A stretch of 37,189 nucleotides of DNA from a virus (IMGVR_UViG_3300033493_000008:1-37189), one strand, 5' to 3'; counted from the first letter of the stretch, positions 1-9,685 are shown. The notes: generated by a model not told the origin, from the letters alone. A program made the numbers and translations.

Positions 1-236
1 ACTCCCTCCGCTCGCGCTTTCCTGGCGCGTTTGATGAGTATGAGTCGCGCTATGGCGTCGCCGATATTCCGAAGCGGGTTGACATTGTTAACGCCGCCAT
101 CCCAGCGGAACTAATCGCCGCCTATGACGGCCCTGATTCCTACGAAGAATATATGCAAGGCGTTCGCAACAAGACGCAGATTAGCGCCATGGGCGTGGAT
201 GCGAAGCGGGCCCAGTTGCAGGCAATGCTTGACGCC
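1..236 (+). repeat. Terminal overlap, left copy (matches 36954-37189)
   Basis: Identical to 36954-37189 except C128/T37081, T137/A37090, A224/G37177. Confidence 0.97.
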
Positions 237-488
237 CTTGACGCTGGGGACGCCATCGATGGGGCTTTAGAAGCCGAAAGCGAGTTTGCAATGCCCGCGA
301 CAGGGCAGTTTATCTCAACCTGGGATAGCAAAGTTCCGGTCAATGCCCGCAAGTCTTTGATGGCCAAGGGCGTGATGACCGTTGAACAGTTCGCTGGCGC
401 TAGTGACGCATTGCTTGAGTCGCTGGGCGCTGGGCAGTGGAATGCTTGGCGCGAAGTGGCGCGCAAGGCGCTTAACCCTAAGGGATAA
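1..488 (+). CDS. 3' part of a ~250-aa hypothetical protein spanning the circular junction (starts at 36689); C-terminus resembles an HhH-like domain
   Basis: Frame of ORF 153..488 stays open upstream through the overlap to ATG 36689; C-terminal 'GVMTVEQFAGASDALLESLG' motif; lies between the decoration and adaptor genes. Confidence 0.8.
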   Translation, partial: SLRSRFPGAFDEYESRYGVADIPKRVDIVNAAIPAELIAAYDGPDSYEEYMQGVRNKTQISAMGVDAKRAQLQAMLDALDAGDAIDGALEAESEFAMPATGQFISTWDSKVPVNARKSLMAKGVMTVEQFAGASDALLESLGAGQWNAWREVARKALNPKG

Positions 489-493
489 AGCTA

Positions 494-1213
494 ATGAGCT
501 TGTTGACCATTTGCCAAGAGGCGGTTGATGAGGTTGGGGGTTTATCGACTCCCAGCTATATTGTCGGCTCCAAAGACGTGACTGCTAAGAAGTGTCTGGC
601 GATGGTCAACCGGCTTGGAATCGACCTTCAGCGCCAGTACAAGTGGAATGACCTCAAGACGGAATACTATTTCGACACTGTCGCTGGCTTGGATCATTAC
701 CCTTTGCCGTCCACTTGGCAGCGCATGAGTAATAACACCCAGTGGGACAGAACGTCACACTGGCCAATGAACGGCCCTGCAACTGACTCATTTTGGCAGG
801 TGCTTAAGTCAGGCTTAGTAATTGCAGGCATGCGATTCTGGTTTAGGATCGAAAACGGCGAAATGCTTATTGCCCCAACTCCAATAAGCGCCCGCCGAAT
901 TGCCTTCAATTTCTTTGAAAACACGTGGGCCGCCAGTGCAGCGGGTATTCCTAAGTCAAAGATGGCGCTGGATACTGACGTGCCCGCGTTCCTACCCAAT
1001 GGCGCGGCTGAAGACTTGCTTACCCTTGGGCTGATTTACAAGCTCAAGGCAAGTGAGACTTTGCCGTTTGCCGAGGATAAAGCCAACTATCTTGCAGCCA
1101 TAGACGCCGCTCAATTCGATTCTCAGGGTCAGGCCATGATTGACGTCTCGGGATCGCCTCGCTATGTCCTTGGACGTGGCAACCTGCCTGAAATTGGGTT
1201 CGGCGGCCCATAA
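494..1213 (+). CDS. Head-tail adaptor / tail tubular protein A-like
   Basis: 239 aa; 'MSLLTICQEAVDEVG...QYKWNDL...YPLPS' pattern and position are typical of podovirus adaptors. Confidence 0.7.
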   Translation: MSLLTICQEAVDEVGGLSTPSYIVGSKDVTAKKCLAMVNRLGIDLQRQYKWNDLKTEYYFDTVAGLDHYPLPSTWQRMSNNTQWDRTSHWPMNGPATDSFWQVLKSGLVIAGMRFWFRIENGEMLIAPTPISARRIAFNFFENTWAASAAGIPKSKMALDTDVPAFLPNGAAEDLLTLGLIYKLKASETLPFAEDKANYLAAIDAAQFDSQGQAMIDVSGSPRYVLGRGNLPEIGFGGP

Positions 1214-1225
1214 CGGGAGACTTGC

Positions 1226-1492
1226 ATGCATCTGACGATCAACACGGGCGCTCTTCACAACGCCGAGGTGCCGATTAGTGACAATGCGTCACAGGCCGTT
1301 CGCATGGGCTTCAACCCTTCGAAACAGCCCAACGTCGACCGGCTGAAGGCCATTGCCGCCGCTTTCATCAGCGAGTGTGAACGGCTCAAATCAGCGCCAG
1401 GGAACACAGCAGGGCGTGAGCTTAGCATCGCCATCACCGAAATGCAGACGGCCTCTATGTGGGCCGTGCTCGGGGCGACCAAAGACCTGTAA
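1226..1492 (+). CDS. Acb2/Tad1-like helical-hairpin protein (candidate anti-defence nucleotide sponge)
   Basis: 88 aa; GGGAG RBS; 'VRMGFNPS..VDRLK..AAAFI...GRELSIAITEMQTASMWAV' resembles the Acb2/Tad1 hairpin family, recognised by eye. Confidence 0.6.
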   Translation: MHLTINTGALHNAEVPISDNASQAVRMGFNPSKQPNVDRLKAIAAAFISECERLKSAPGNTAGRELSIAITEMQTASMWAVLGATKDL

Positions 1493-1517
1493 TCGATAAA
1501 CGTGAGGCAGCGCCAAA

Positions 1518-3095
1518 ATGGTATCAAGAATCATTCCAGATGAGGCAAAGGGCCTCGCTGCCTCACGGCCTATCCCCTCGCCAACCCTTGGCCTCAACAC
1601 CCGCGATCACTTCACCAACCTTCAGCCCAACGAAGCGCGGGAAATGATCAACTGGATTCCCGACGTTGGCTCATGCTCTGGGCGGCCCGGCTATAGCCTG
1701 TGGTGCGACATTGAACCGCCGGATGGCGTCATGGTCGACGAATTGGGGCAGTACTGGGTTGACGAACTCGGCGCGTATATGAGCACCCTCAGCGCGAGCG
1801 CAACGACCCTGAATGCTCACCCAGTGGGAACGCTCGCAAGGCACCTGTCGGGCGCGTCGCAGAAGATGATTGCCGCCTGCAACGGTAAATTATTTGAGGT
1901 GATGGGTGGCGCTTCGGTGCAACTGGCGACCGGATACACCAACAACGTTTGGAGCACCCAATATTTCAACGGCTATCTCTTTGGCGTCAACGGCGTTGAT
2001 ACGCCCTGGCGCTACAACGGGACGGCCGTGGTCGCAACCGGGTGGACGGGCCCGACGCTGGCCAACCTCCGCACCGTGAACCTCGTGGGCGAACGCCTGT
2101 GGTTTAGCAGCGACAACACGGGAGACGTATATTACGGCGGTTCCATGCTCATCACTGGCGCGCTTACGCTATTCGCCGCCAGCCAGATAGCAGACGGCGG
2201 TAAGTGCCTCGGTGTGTTCCCCTGGCGTGACAACACTGTCATGTGTTACGACACGGGGCAGGTGTTAATCTATTCCGGCGACCCTGCGACAACGTTCTCA
2301 CTGGTCAGCAAGTACTATGCGCCGCCCCTGGTTGCTTACGACGCCGCTGTTGAAATGGGGTCAGAGCTGATCCTGATGACGACAGCCGGGCCCATATCCA
2401 TGGAAATTGTCGCCGCTGGCCTCGGCTTCAACCTGGATGCGCTGGGCAACTGGGGAAAGATCGCGCCGAGCTGGGAGAAGGATTGTCAGCTTTACGGCGG
2501 TAACGCTGGGTGGTTCGGCAAATTCATTAACGGACTTGTCTATTTCAACGTGCCAAACGGCACCAATCCGTCAAAGCAATACATCTTCAATACTCGCAAC
2601 CAGGCGTGGACAACCTTCAATGACCTGCCAATTGCAAGTATGGAGGTGATCAATGGTGACATTTATATCGGTTCATGTATTGAGAGCAAAGTCTTCAATC
2701 ACAGTGGCAACCTGGATGACCATAATCACATAATACTCACCGCGCGGCCCGGATATAACTACTTTGACAACGCCCCTAACAACAAGATGTTTAGCCGCAT
2801 CAAGCCTAACATCTTCACGGATGGCAACGTCCTTGCGCAAGTTGGCATTGACGTTGACTTTGTGGACTCACCTTTTAACGGTGAGATTTACGATATTGGC
2901 GCGGCGTCAAGCGGTACGCCGTGGGGATCGCCGTGGGGATCGCCGTGGGGCACGCTGTCGACCTCTGATCCGAGGTGGATAGGCGTCGCAGGCAAGGGCA
3001 GGGCCGCCAGCCCCATCGTGAAGCTGTACAGCCGCGCCAAAACGGTCAAATGGTTTTCAACTGACGTGCTCGGGCGTCTTATGGGCCCGACATGA
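1518..3095 (+). CDS. Tail nozzle / tubular protein B (P22 gp10-like, beta-rich)
   Basis: 525 aa; N-terminal 'PSPTLGLNTRD', beta-rich body, C-terminal 'PWGSPWGSPWG'; follows the adaptor. Confidence 0.7.
   Translation: MVSRIIPDEAKGLAASRPIPSPTLGLNTRDHFTNLQPNEAREMINWIPDVGSCSGRPGYSLWCDIEPPDGVMVDELGQYWVDELGAYMSTLSASATTLNAHPVGTLARHLSGASQKMIAACNGKLFEVMGGASVQLATGYTNNVWSTQYFNGYLFGVNGVDTPWRYNGTAVVATGWTGPTLANLRTVNLVGERLWFSSDNTGDVYYGGSMLITGALTLFAASQIADGGKCLGVFPWRDNTVMCYDTGQVLIYSGDPATTFSLVSKYYAPPLVAYDAAVEMGSELILMTTAGPISMEIVAAGLGFNLDALGNWGKIAPSWEKDCQLYGGNAGWFGKFINGLVYFNVPNGTNPSKQYIFNTRNQAWTTFNDLPIASMEVINGDIYIGSCIESKVFNHSGNLDDHNHIILTARPGYNYFDNAPNNKMFSRIKPNIFTDGNVLAQVGIDVDFVDSPFNGEIYDIGAASSGTPWGSPWGSPWGTLSTSDPRWIGVAGKGRAASPIVKLYSRAKTVKWFSTDVLGRLMGPT
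2917..2950 (+). repeat. 12-bp tandem repeat (cgccgtggggat, ~3 units) encoding PWGS
   Basis: Seen directly in the sequence. Confidence 0.85.
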
Positions 3096-3526
3096 TTCTG
3101 TATGGCGAGAGGGAACGTGTGTGCGCCTTCGTTAACGCCGCGATCCGTGACGGCAGCGACGTGACGGCGCGATATGAGGCCCTGGGTGCGCTTTCAAAGG
3201 ACGGTGAGTTGATCGGCGGCTTTGTCTTTTTCGACCATCAGCGGCGACCAGGCGGCGGAAACATATTCCTGGCGGCGGCGGGCGCCGGAAACTGGCTCAC
3301 CAGGGGCAACCTGAAAATCTGGTTTGAGTATGCATTTTGTCAATTGGGTTGCCATCGAATTACGGCTATTGTCGCAAAGTCCAACACCATTTCGCGTCAA
3401 ATAGTTGAGCGCCTCGGTTTTAAACGTGAGGGGTGCATTAGAGGCTCGCGCGGGCCCGGTAAAGATTCGATCCTCTACGGGTTGCTTAAGGAAGAATGCA
3501 AATGGATAGGGGCACAACATGAGTAA
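3092..3526 (+). CDS. GNAT-fold acetyltransferase-like virion assembly protein
   Basis: 'YAFCQLGCHRITAIVAKSN..SRQIVERLGFKREG' is a RimJ/RimL-type GNAT motif; ATGA overlap with the nozzle gene. Confidence 0.8.
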   Translation: MILYGERERVCAFVNAAIRDGSDVTARYEALGALSKDGELIGGFVFFDHQRRPGGGNIFLAAAGAGNWLTRGNLKIWFEYAFCQLGCHRITAIVAKSNTISRQIVERLGFKREGCIRGSRGPGKDSILYGLLKEECKWIGAQHE

Positions 3527-4565
3527 AGACGCACCAGCAGTGCCAGACGCCGCCCAAACGTCAGCACAGCAGACTGCGGCCAACATTGCAGCGGCGCGTG
3601 AAACCGCAAAAATGAACGCAATTGACCAGACCAACGCGTACGGGTCAACTACATTTTTGCGTGATGAAAATGGCGTGCCCATTGGTCAAACCAGCACACT
3701 CAGCCCAGAGCTTCAGAAGATACTTGAAGGCAAGCAAGGGCAGGCGCTTGGCATTAACGACGCTACGAGTCAGCTTATCGGCAACCTTGACACCAACGGT
3801 ATTAACGCCCCTGGCGTCAACGATGTTGGGCGCAATGCTTATGAGAGCATCGCCGGATGGTTGCGGCCCGAGTTCGAGCAACAGAACAAACAGCTCGGCA
3901 TCCAGCTTGATCAGCGCGGCCTGCCAATCGGTAGCGAGGCCAGGGCCGCCGCCGAGGGCGCGGCCCAGCGCAACCAGAATCAGGCGCTCACCCAAGCCGC
4001 CGCTCAGGCACAAGTTCAGGGCGCGAATGAGCAGAACACCCTCTTTAATCAAGAGGTCACCAAAAATCAGAACGGGTATCAAAACCTCGCTCAACTGCTT
4101 TCGGCCAACCCTGGCAACTCTCTGCTCTCAAGCGCCCCTGGCGCGATCAACACCAGCCCTGTAAACGTCGCGGCAACTGACGTGGCGGGTAACGTCTATA
4201 AGTCGTATCAGGCTCAAGCGGCGGCGGAACAGCAGAAACAGCAGAATATCATGGGTGCGGTACAGGGTGCGGCGTCTATGGCAATGATGTTCTCTGATGA
4301 GAATTACAAAGAGAATCGTCAACCTGCGGATGGTGAAAGCGTCTTGCTGCGGTTCCGCGACTTGCCGGTTGATCACTATGACTACAAGCAAGAAGCGCGA
4401 GACGAGATTAACCTGCCCGAAAGTCGTACGGGCCCGATGGCTCAAGACTGGGCGCGCCAGTTCGGCGGCGACGGGCACGAAATTGATATGGGCGACATGA
4501 TGGGGCAAATGCTTGCAGCAATTAAGGCCCTGGATGCAAGGACGGCTCAATATGGCGGAAGTTGA
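3519..4565 (+). CDS. Internal virion (ejection) protein with C-terminal peptidase S74-like intramolecular chaperone domain
   Basis: Q/A/N-rich helical body; 'SDENYKEN...LPVDHYDYK...GPMAQD...LAAIKAL' S74 pattern. Confidence 0.75.
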   Translation: MSKDAPAVPDAAQTSAQQTAANIAAARETAKMNAIDQTNAYGSTTFLRDENGVPIGQTSTLSPELQKILEGKQGQALGINDATSQLIGNLDTNGINAPGVNDVGRNAYESIAGWLRPEFEQQNKQLGIQLDQRGLPIGSEARAAAEGAAQRNQNQALTQAAAQAQVQGANEQNTLFNQEVTKNQNGYQNLAQLLSANPGNSLLSSAPGAINTSPVNVAATDVAGNVYKSYQAQAAAEQQKQQNIMGAVQGAASMAMMFSDENYKENRQPADGESVLLRFRDLPVDHYDYKQEARDEINLPESRTGPMAQDWARQFGGDGHEIDMGDMMGQMLAAIKALDARTAQYGGS

Positions 4566-6699
4566 TGACGCAACGGCCAATTGGATAAAGAAGTTTGAGG
4601 GCTTCAGTCCAAAGGCCTACGGCGACTATAAACAGACAAGCATTGGTCACGGCACCCGTGCGCGCCCTGGCGAGACTCGTATCTCGCGTGAGGAAGCTCA
4701 TTCGCGTCTGGTGCAAGAGGCCTCTAAAGTCGCAAACTTCGTTGACGCCCATGTCCCTAACCTTGACCCTGGTCGCCGGGCGGCCCTGATCAGCTTCGGC
4801 TATAACCTCGGGACGGGTTATAAAGGCCTCGGCGGACTCATGGGCGACATCAAGAAAGGCGACTGGGATACAGTCGCCACCCGTATGCAGCGCTACAATC
4901 ATGCGGGCGGCGAAGTGCTTGACGCGCTCACCCAGCGAAGGGCCCAAGAGGCGGCGGCGATCCGGACGGGCGTCATTCCCGAGGGTAACCAGCCTGTACG
5001 CCCTGCGGGCCGCGCTGGCGCGCCTCAGGTCGCAGGCATGGCGCAATCTGGCCCTGGGAACGCACCCAGCGGGGGCAGCGCCGGAGCGCCGCTCAACTTG
5101 CCAGACGCGCCCATGGACACAAGCGCCACAAGCGAAGCGCTCATGAAGCAAGCCATGGCGCCCACGCAGTACGCAGGCCTTGGCAACACCTTCGGCAAGA
5201 CCGTTCAGATGCTCGTGGCGCACCAGATGCGCACCAAGCAACACGAGGGCCAGAAGGATTATCAGAAGGCCATAGCCGCCGCACTGTCAGGCAGCGCCAA
5301 CGATCCCAACCGTCTGTTGCAGACCATGCTTCAGAGCGGCGATCCTGGCGTGCGCGACGCGGCCCTGAAAACCATGCTGTCGCCCAAACAGCCCAAGCCG
5401 CCGGGCCAGATCACGACAATTAAAGACCCAAAGACGGGGGAAGACGTTAGTATCATTCAAAACCCTGACGGCAGCATTCAGCGGCTCGATCCTCGCACCC
5501 TCGGCGCGGCTGGCGGCGGCGCGACGCGGCCCGGCCTTGCAGGGCCTGCAACCGGCGGCGGCGCTCAGCCTGTCAGGTATCAGGGTGAAGTGGCTTCGCC
5601 GGAGGGCCCTGGCGACTGGGTGAGCAACCCGGCGACCGGCGGCTTTTACCCGCGCGGCGCTCAGCCGGTTGCGCCTCAGGGCGGCGGCGCTTATGTCGAG
5701 CGGTCGACGGGCGTCAATGTCCCTCACCCAACCTTCACCATCCCCGAAGCGCCGGAGGGCGCTAATCGTGAGGAATGGCGGAAAGGCGAGACAGCCAAGC
5801 TGGTGAAGTCCCACGGCGATATTCGCGAGAAGGGTCAAGAGGCGTTGGGCTATCTTAACGACGCCCGCGATATTCAGCGGCAAGTCGCGGCTTATGATCC
5901 TGCGGTGTTCACGCCGCAGTACGCCAGCGACACCGGGCGGAATATCGCAAGTTTCATACCAAATCTTGGACTGACCAACATTGACAAGCGCATCCAGCAG
6001 CGTGACCAGCTTAACGCCAACGTTGGGCGGCTGGCGGCTGGTTACGCCAAGGCTACGCTTGGGCCGCGCCTCACGGATGAGGATATGAAGCGCGCTGAGA
6101 AGACGTTCGGCATGGGCGGCACCACGGATCAGAAAAGCGCCATCCAGTTGCTCAACCAGAGGGCCCGTGAAGCTCACGCCAAGGTCGCTCACGCCATCCA
6201 GAACGGCCTGATTGATCCCACTGAGGTGCCAAAAGAGACTGCTATCGAAGGTATCCGGGCGGGCGTCTACAAGCCGGAATGGTTCGGCATGACTGGCGAC
6301 CAGGCGGCGCAAGGCGCGCCACAAGCGCCGGTCGACCCACGGGCCGCAGTCGCCGCCAAGTTCGCCCAACCCCAAGCGCCTCAGGCCGCGCCCGCTCCGG
6401 CGCAAGCCCCCATGCCTCAGCCCCAAGCGCCGGTCGACCCACGGGCCGCAGTCGCCGCCAAGTTCGCGCCCGATCCTGGCGCCGCGACGCGACCCTATGA
6501 GGTGCCCATGCCCGAGGCTGCGCCAACGGACTCAAGCGCCCAGTACACGCTTTACGACAAGCTTACCGGAGCGCCAGGCACCAAGCTGGGTAGTTTCCTT
6601 GACCACCCGACGCCCGAGCAAGCCGCCAAGAAAAAAGAAGAGGATTGGTGGAAAGCTCACTGGAAATCTGACCCAATGCCGCCCGCAGGATGGTTTTAA
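4552..6699 (+). CDS. Internal virion protein with N-terminal GH24 lysozyme-like domain
   Basis: 'IKKFEGFSPKAYGD...SIGHG...AALISFGYNLG...LTQRRAQE' phage lysozyme motifs, then a P/A/Q-rich ejection-protein body; ATG 4552 preferred as start. Confidence 0.8.
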   Translation: MAEVDDATANWIKKFEGFSPKAYGDYKQTSIGHGTRARPGETRISREEAHSRLVQEASKVANFVDAHVPNLDPGRRAALISFGYNLGTGYKGLGGLMGDIKKGDWDTVATRMQRYNHAGGEVLDALTQRRAQEAAAIRTGVIPEGNQPVRPAGRAGAPQVAGMAQSGPGNAPSGGSAGAPLNLPDAPMDTSATSEALMKQAMAPTQYAGLGNTFGKTVQMLVAHQMRTKQHEGQKDYQKAIAAALSGSANDPNRLLQTMLQSGDPGVRDAALKTMLSPKQPKPPGQITTIKDPKTGEDVSIIQNPDGSIQRLDPRTLGAAGGGATRPGLAGPATGGGAQPVRYQGEVASPEGPGDWVSNPATGGFYPRGAQPVAPQGGGAYVERSTGVNVPHPTFTIPEAPEGANREEWRKGETAKLVKSHGDIREKGQEALGYLNDARDIQRQVAAYDPAVFTPQYASDTGRNIASFIPNLGLTNIDKRIQQRDQLNANVGRLAAGYAKATLGPRLTDEDMKRAEKTFGMGGTTDQKSAIQLLNQRAREAHAKVAHAIQNGLIDPTEVPKETAIEGIRAGVYKPEWFGMTGDQAAQGAPQAPVDPRAAVAAKFAQPQAPQAAPAPAQAPMPQPQAPVDPRAAVAAKFAPDPGAATRPYEVPMPEAAPTDSSAQYTLYDKLTGAPGTKLGSFLDHPTPEQAAKKKEEDWWKAHWKSDPMPPAGWF
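6322..6467 (+). repeat. 44-bp perfect direct repeat (6322-6365, 6424-6467) encoding QAPVDPRAAVAAKFA
   Basis: Seen directly; in-frame intragenic duplication. Confidence 0.9.
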
Positions 6700-8439
6700 A
6701 TGGCTGATGAGCTTCAAGCGCCGCCAGTCGGCGCAATCCAGGATGGTTTCCAATACGTTGGGGGCGATCCCAGCAAGGTTGAATCCTGGCAACCCGTTCA
6801 AGAGAGTTGGGGCGACTACGCCAAAGGCATGGGGCGCTCAGCGGCGCAAGGGGCAACCCTCGGCTTTGGCGACGAAGTGATTGCCGCCGGGCGCTCGGCG
6901 CTGGGCGGCGGCGAATATCAGGACAAGCTGAGCGAGGAACGGGGCGCGCTTGAGGCGTTCCGGGCCAAGCACCCTTATGCCTCGCTGGGCGCTGAAATGG
7001 CGGGCGGCGTCGCCCTCCCGATACCAGGGGCAGCGGCCGCGACCGGCTTGCGCGAAGGCATTACCGCCGGGAAGGTGCTCAAGGGCGCGGCGACCGTGGG
7101 CGCGCCAACCGGCGCAGCATACGCCCTCGGCACTGCTGAAGGCCTCGATCCCACGAAACAGGACGCTGGCGAGTTCATTCAGCAAGCCGCCGAGACAGCA
7201 GGGCGTGGCGCTTTGACGGGCGCGGCGGGTTATGCCGTGGGCGCGCCCCTCGGTGAGTTGGCGTCGCGCGCCGTGCGTCCCATGCCCGCCGCCGAGCAAT
7301 CGGCGATCCGTACGCTTGAGCGGGAGAACGTCAGGCTTACGCCCGGCATGATGGGTGGCGATATGGCGCGCTGGCTTGAAGACAGCCTGTCGTCCATTCC
7401 GTTCGTGGGGCAGGTCATAAGGCGGGCCCAGCGCGAAGCAACCGAGGATATCAACACCGCGCAGATCAACCGATCCCTTCGCGGCGCCGTAACAGCCGCC
7501 GATCCGCATGGGGAGGTTCTACCGCCCCATTTGCTCGGCGGCGGACACGAGGCGGTTGACCATGCCGCCACGCGCCTCAGCAACGCCTATGAGGAAATTC
7601 TGCCCAAGCTACGCGGCGACCTCGATCCCCCGTTGCTTGACAAAATCGACCGGCTTAAGGCGGCGGTTGCGGACTTGCCCGGCAACGTCGACGGAGCGCT
7701 TGAGAAGCGTTTCCAGAAGATCGTTGACGTCAACCTCATGCGGCGGGCGTCGCGCGATCCGGCGACGCTGGGCGCAATGGAAGGTGAGGCGATCAAGAAG
7801 GCCGAAAGCGAGTTGACGCGCCTTACACGCGATTACCTCAAAGACCCAAGCGCCGATATCCGTGACCTCGGCATGCATGTTGGCGAGTTGCAAGACGCTC
7901 TGCGCGAGATGGTGATGCGGCATAACCCGGCTGAAGCGCCGATCCTGAAGCGCATCAACGAGGGTTGGGCCAACTACGTCATCGCGCGCAAAGCCGCTGG
8001 GAGCACTGCCGCGCCCAACGGTCAATTCAACGCGACACAGCTTCACAAGGCCGTCAAGGCAAGCGATCGCTCATTGGATCACGGGAATTTCGCCCGTGGG
8101 CGCGCGCTTGGGCAGGATTTGAGCGGGGCGGCAAAACAGATCATTCCGGCCCGCACGCCCAACTCGGGCACCTCAGAACGCAGCATGTTGGGCAATATTC
8201 TGGCTGGCTCACTGGTGCTCAACCCCATAGGATTGATCGGCGCAGGGGGCATTGCAGCGGCCTACAGTCGCCCTGGTCAGGCCCTTATCCGCCGGGCAAT
8301 GCGCGCCGCGCCCCGCGGTTCGCACACCGTCGCGGATGCGCTTAGCCGCGGGGCGGCCCGAACCGCCGGAGGCGTCGCCGGAGGGCGCGCATCCGCGGAT
8401 ATCGTCAACGCATTAATGAATAGGAACCGGGATGAGTAA
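6700..8439 (+). CDS. Internal virion / DNA ejection protein
   Basis: 579 aa, A/G-rich; 'AAQGATLGFGDE' and 'PNSGT' motifs are common in podovirus ejection proteins. Confidence 0.7.
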   Translation: MADELQAPPVGAIQDGFQYVGGDPSKVESWQPVQESWGDYAKGMGRSAAQGATLGFGDEVIAAGRSALGGGEYQDKLSEERGALEAFRAKHPYASLGAEMAGGVALPIPGAAAATGLREGITAGKVLKGAATVGAPTGAAYALGTAEGLDPTKQDAGEFIQQAAETAGRGALTGAAGYAVGAPLGELASRAVRPMPAAEQSAIRTLERENVRLTPGMMGGDMARWLEDSLSSIPFVGQVIRRAQREATEDINTAQINRSLRGAVTAADPHGEVLPPHLLGGGHEAVDHAATRLSNAYEEILPKLRGDLDPPLLDKIDRLKAAVADLPGNVDGALEKRFQKIVDVNLMRRASRDPATLGAMEGEAIKKAESELTRLTRDYLKDPSADIRDLGMHVGELQDALREMVMRHNPAEAPILKRINEGWANYVIARKAAGSTAAPNGQFNATQLHKAVKASDRSLDHGNFARGRALGQDLSGAAKQIIPARTPNSGTSERSMLGNILAGSLVLNPIGLIGAGGIAAAYSRPGQALIRRAMRAAPRGSHTVADALSRGAARTAGGVAGGRASADIVNALMNRNRDE

Positions 8440-8971
8440 AGACCAAGCCTACGGCGGCACGCCTGCACCCTTCACGCCGCCTGGTGTGACCAGCAAGCCG
8501 TTCGGCAACTCCGGGCCGCCGCTGCCCAACCCACTTAACCCGCTTCAGCCCTTCGGGCCTGACAGGTACACCATCAACACCCATGCGGTAGGGCCTGACA
8601 TGGGCATGGTCAACGCCAGGATGGCTCAAATGCAGCCTCAACCCCAGGTCGCCGCGCCCTCAATGTCGCCCACGCCGCCGGTCGCCGCGCCAGCGCCTCA
8701 GGTCGCAGCGCCGGTTGCTGCCCCTGTTGCCGCGCCAGTGCCGCCGGTGCAACAGACACAGTTCAACAGCCAGGGTATGCCAACCATGGACGTGTTAGGC
8801 GCGGCTGGCGGCCCGGCCAACAACGGCTATGGGCCCAACCGCTTCATGAACCGCGAACCGGGTAGCTCCGGCGGCAACTTCCGGGCCGTAAACGGCGGCG
8901 GTAACCGTGAAGTGGTCGACGCCCTGGCCAATCGGCGCGTTGGCGGCGGCAGCATGCGGAGGGTTCGCTAA
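8432..8971 (+). CDS. Pro-rich hypothetical protein in the virion module
   Basis: 179 aa; overlaps both neighbouring genes. Confidence 0.6.
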   Translation: MSKDQAYGGTPAPFTPPGVTSKPFGNSGPPLPNPLNPLQPFGPDRYTINTHAVGPDMGMVNARMAQMQPQPQVAAPSMSPTPPVAAPAPQVAAPVAAPVAAPVPPVQQTQFNSQGMPTMDVLGAAGGPANNGYGPNRFMNREPGSSGGNFRAVNGGGNREVVDALANRRVGGGSMRRVR

Positions 8972-9684
8972 TGCCTTGGATTAATGGCACCTATGTCAGA
9001 ACGGACGGCACCCGCACGGGCGCCGACGTTTGGAAGCAAAGTGAGGCGGCTGGCTTCGGCATTGAAAGCGCCGATGCTGACACGCACGATCAAGACATGG
9101 CGACCGCCATTAATCAGTGTCTGACCCGTGACGGGAGCAATTCCGCCACGGCTGACATGAACATGGGCGGTCACAAGATGAACAACATGGGCGCTGGGAT
9201 TCTTCCCGGCGACGCCATGCAATACGGGCAGTATTTTCAGACCGGCGACAGGTTGTTAAGTGCGGGCCCAGTTCCCAACGGTTGGACGCGCGACACAACC
9301 CAGAACAACAAGACGCTCAGGGTTGTCAATACTGTTGCGGGCGGCGTTGGCGGCTCTAGAACATTCAGCGCGACTTTCACGTCCAGAACACCGGCGGGCA
9401 CGGTCGACAACCACGCCTTGACAGTGGATGAAATGCCAATCCACAATCATGCGGTCACCGATCCCGGCCACAAGCACCCCTACGTCAAGGGTAATATCGG
9501 CACCTCCGGCGGTTCGGGCGGTACAGACTGGTACAGCACTGTGACAGCAGACACCAGCCCAGCGACCACAGGCATAAGTATCGTTAATGCAGGGGGAGGG
9601 CTTGCCCACGGTCACACCATGTCAATGTCACCAATGGATTTTGACATACAATATGTAGACGTGAACATCATAATAAAGGATTAA
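8971..9684 (+). CDS. Tail fibre / short tail fibre protein
   Basis: N-terminal 'MPWINGTY...DMATAINQCLTRDG' anchor; 'HALTVDEMPIHNH...HKH...HGH' metal-binding fibre motifs. Confidence 0.8.
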   Translation: MPWINGTYVRTDGTRTGADVWKQSEAAGFGIESADADTHDQDMATAINQCLTRDGSNSATADMNMGGHKMNNMGAGILPGDAMQYGQYFQTGDRLLSAGPVPNGWTRDTTQNNKTLRVVNTVAGGVGGSRTFSATFTSRTPAGTVDNHALTVDEMPIHNHAVTDPGHKHPYVKGNIGTSGGSGGTDWYSTVTADTSPATTGISIVNAGGGLAHGHTMSMSPMDFDIQYVDVNIIIKD

Positions 9685-9685
9685 G

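Noticed and set aside
5287-6426. 379-aa minus-strand ORF, and similar long antisense ORFs at 4522-5244, 6838-7509, 28470-29096 and 32369-33214
   Set aside because: Shadow frames of GC-rich genes, with no motifs or RBS support
6322-6467. DGR template/variable repeat pair
   Set aside because: The copies are identical, in frame and within one gene, with no adenine-specific differences and no reverse transcriptase
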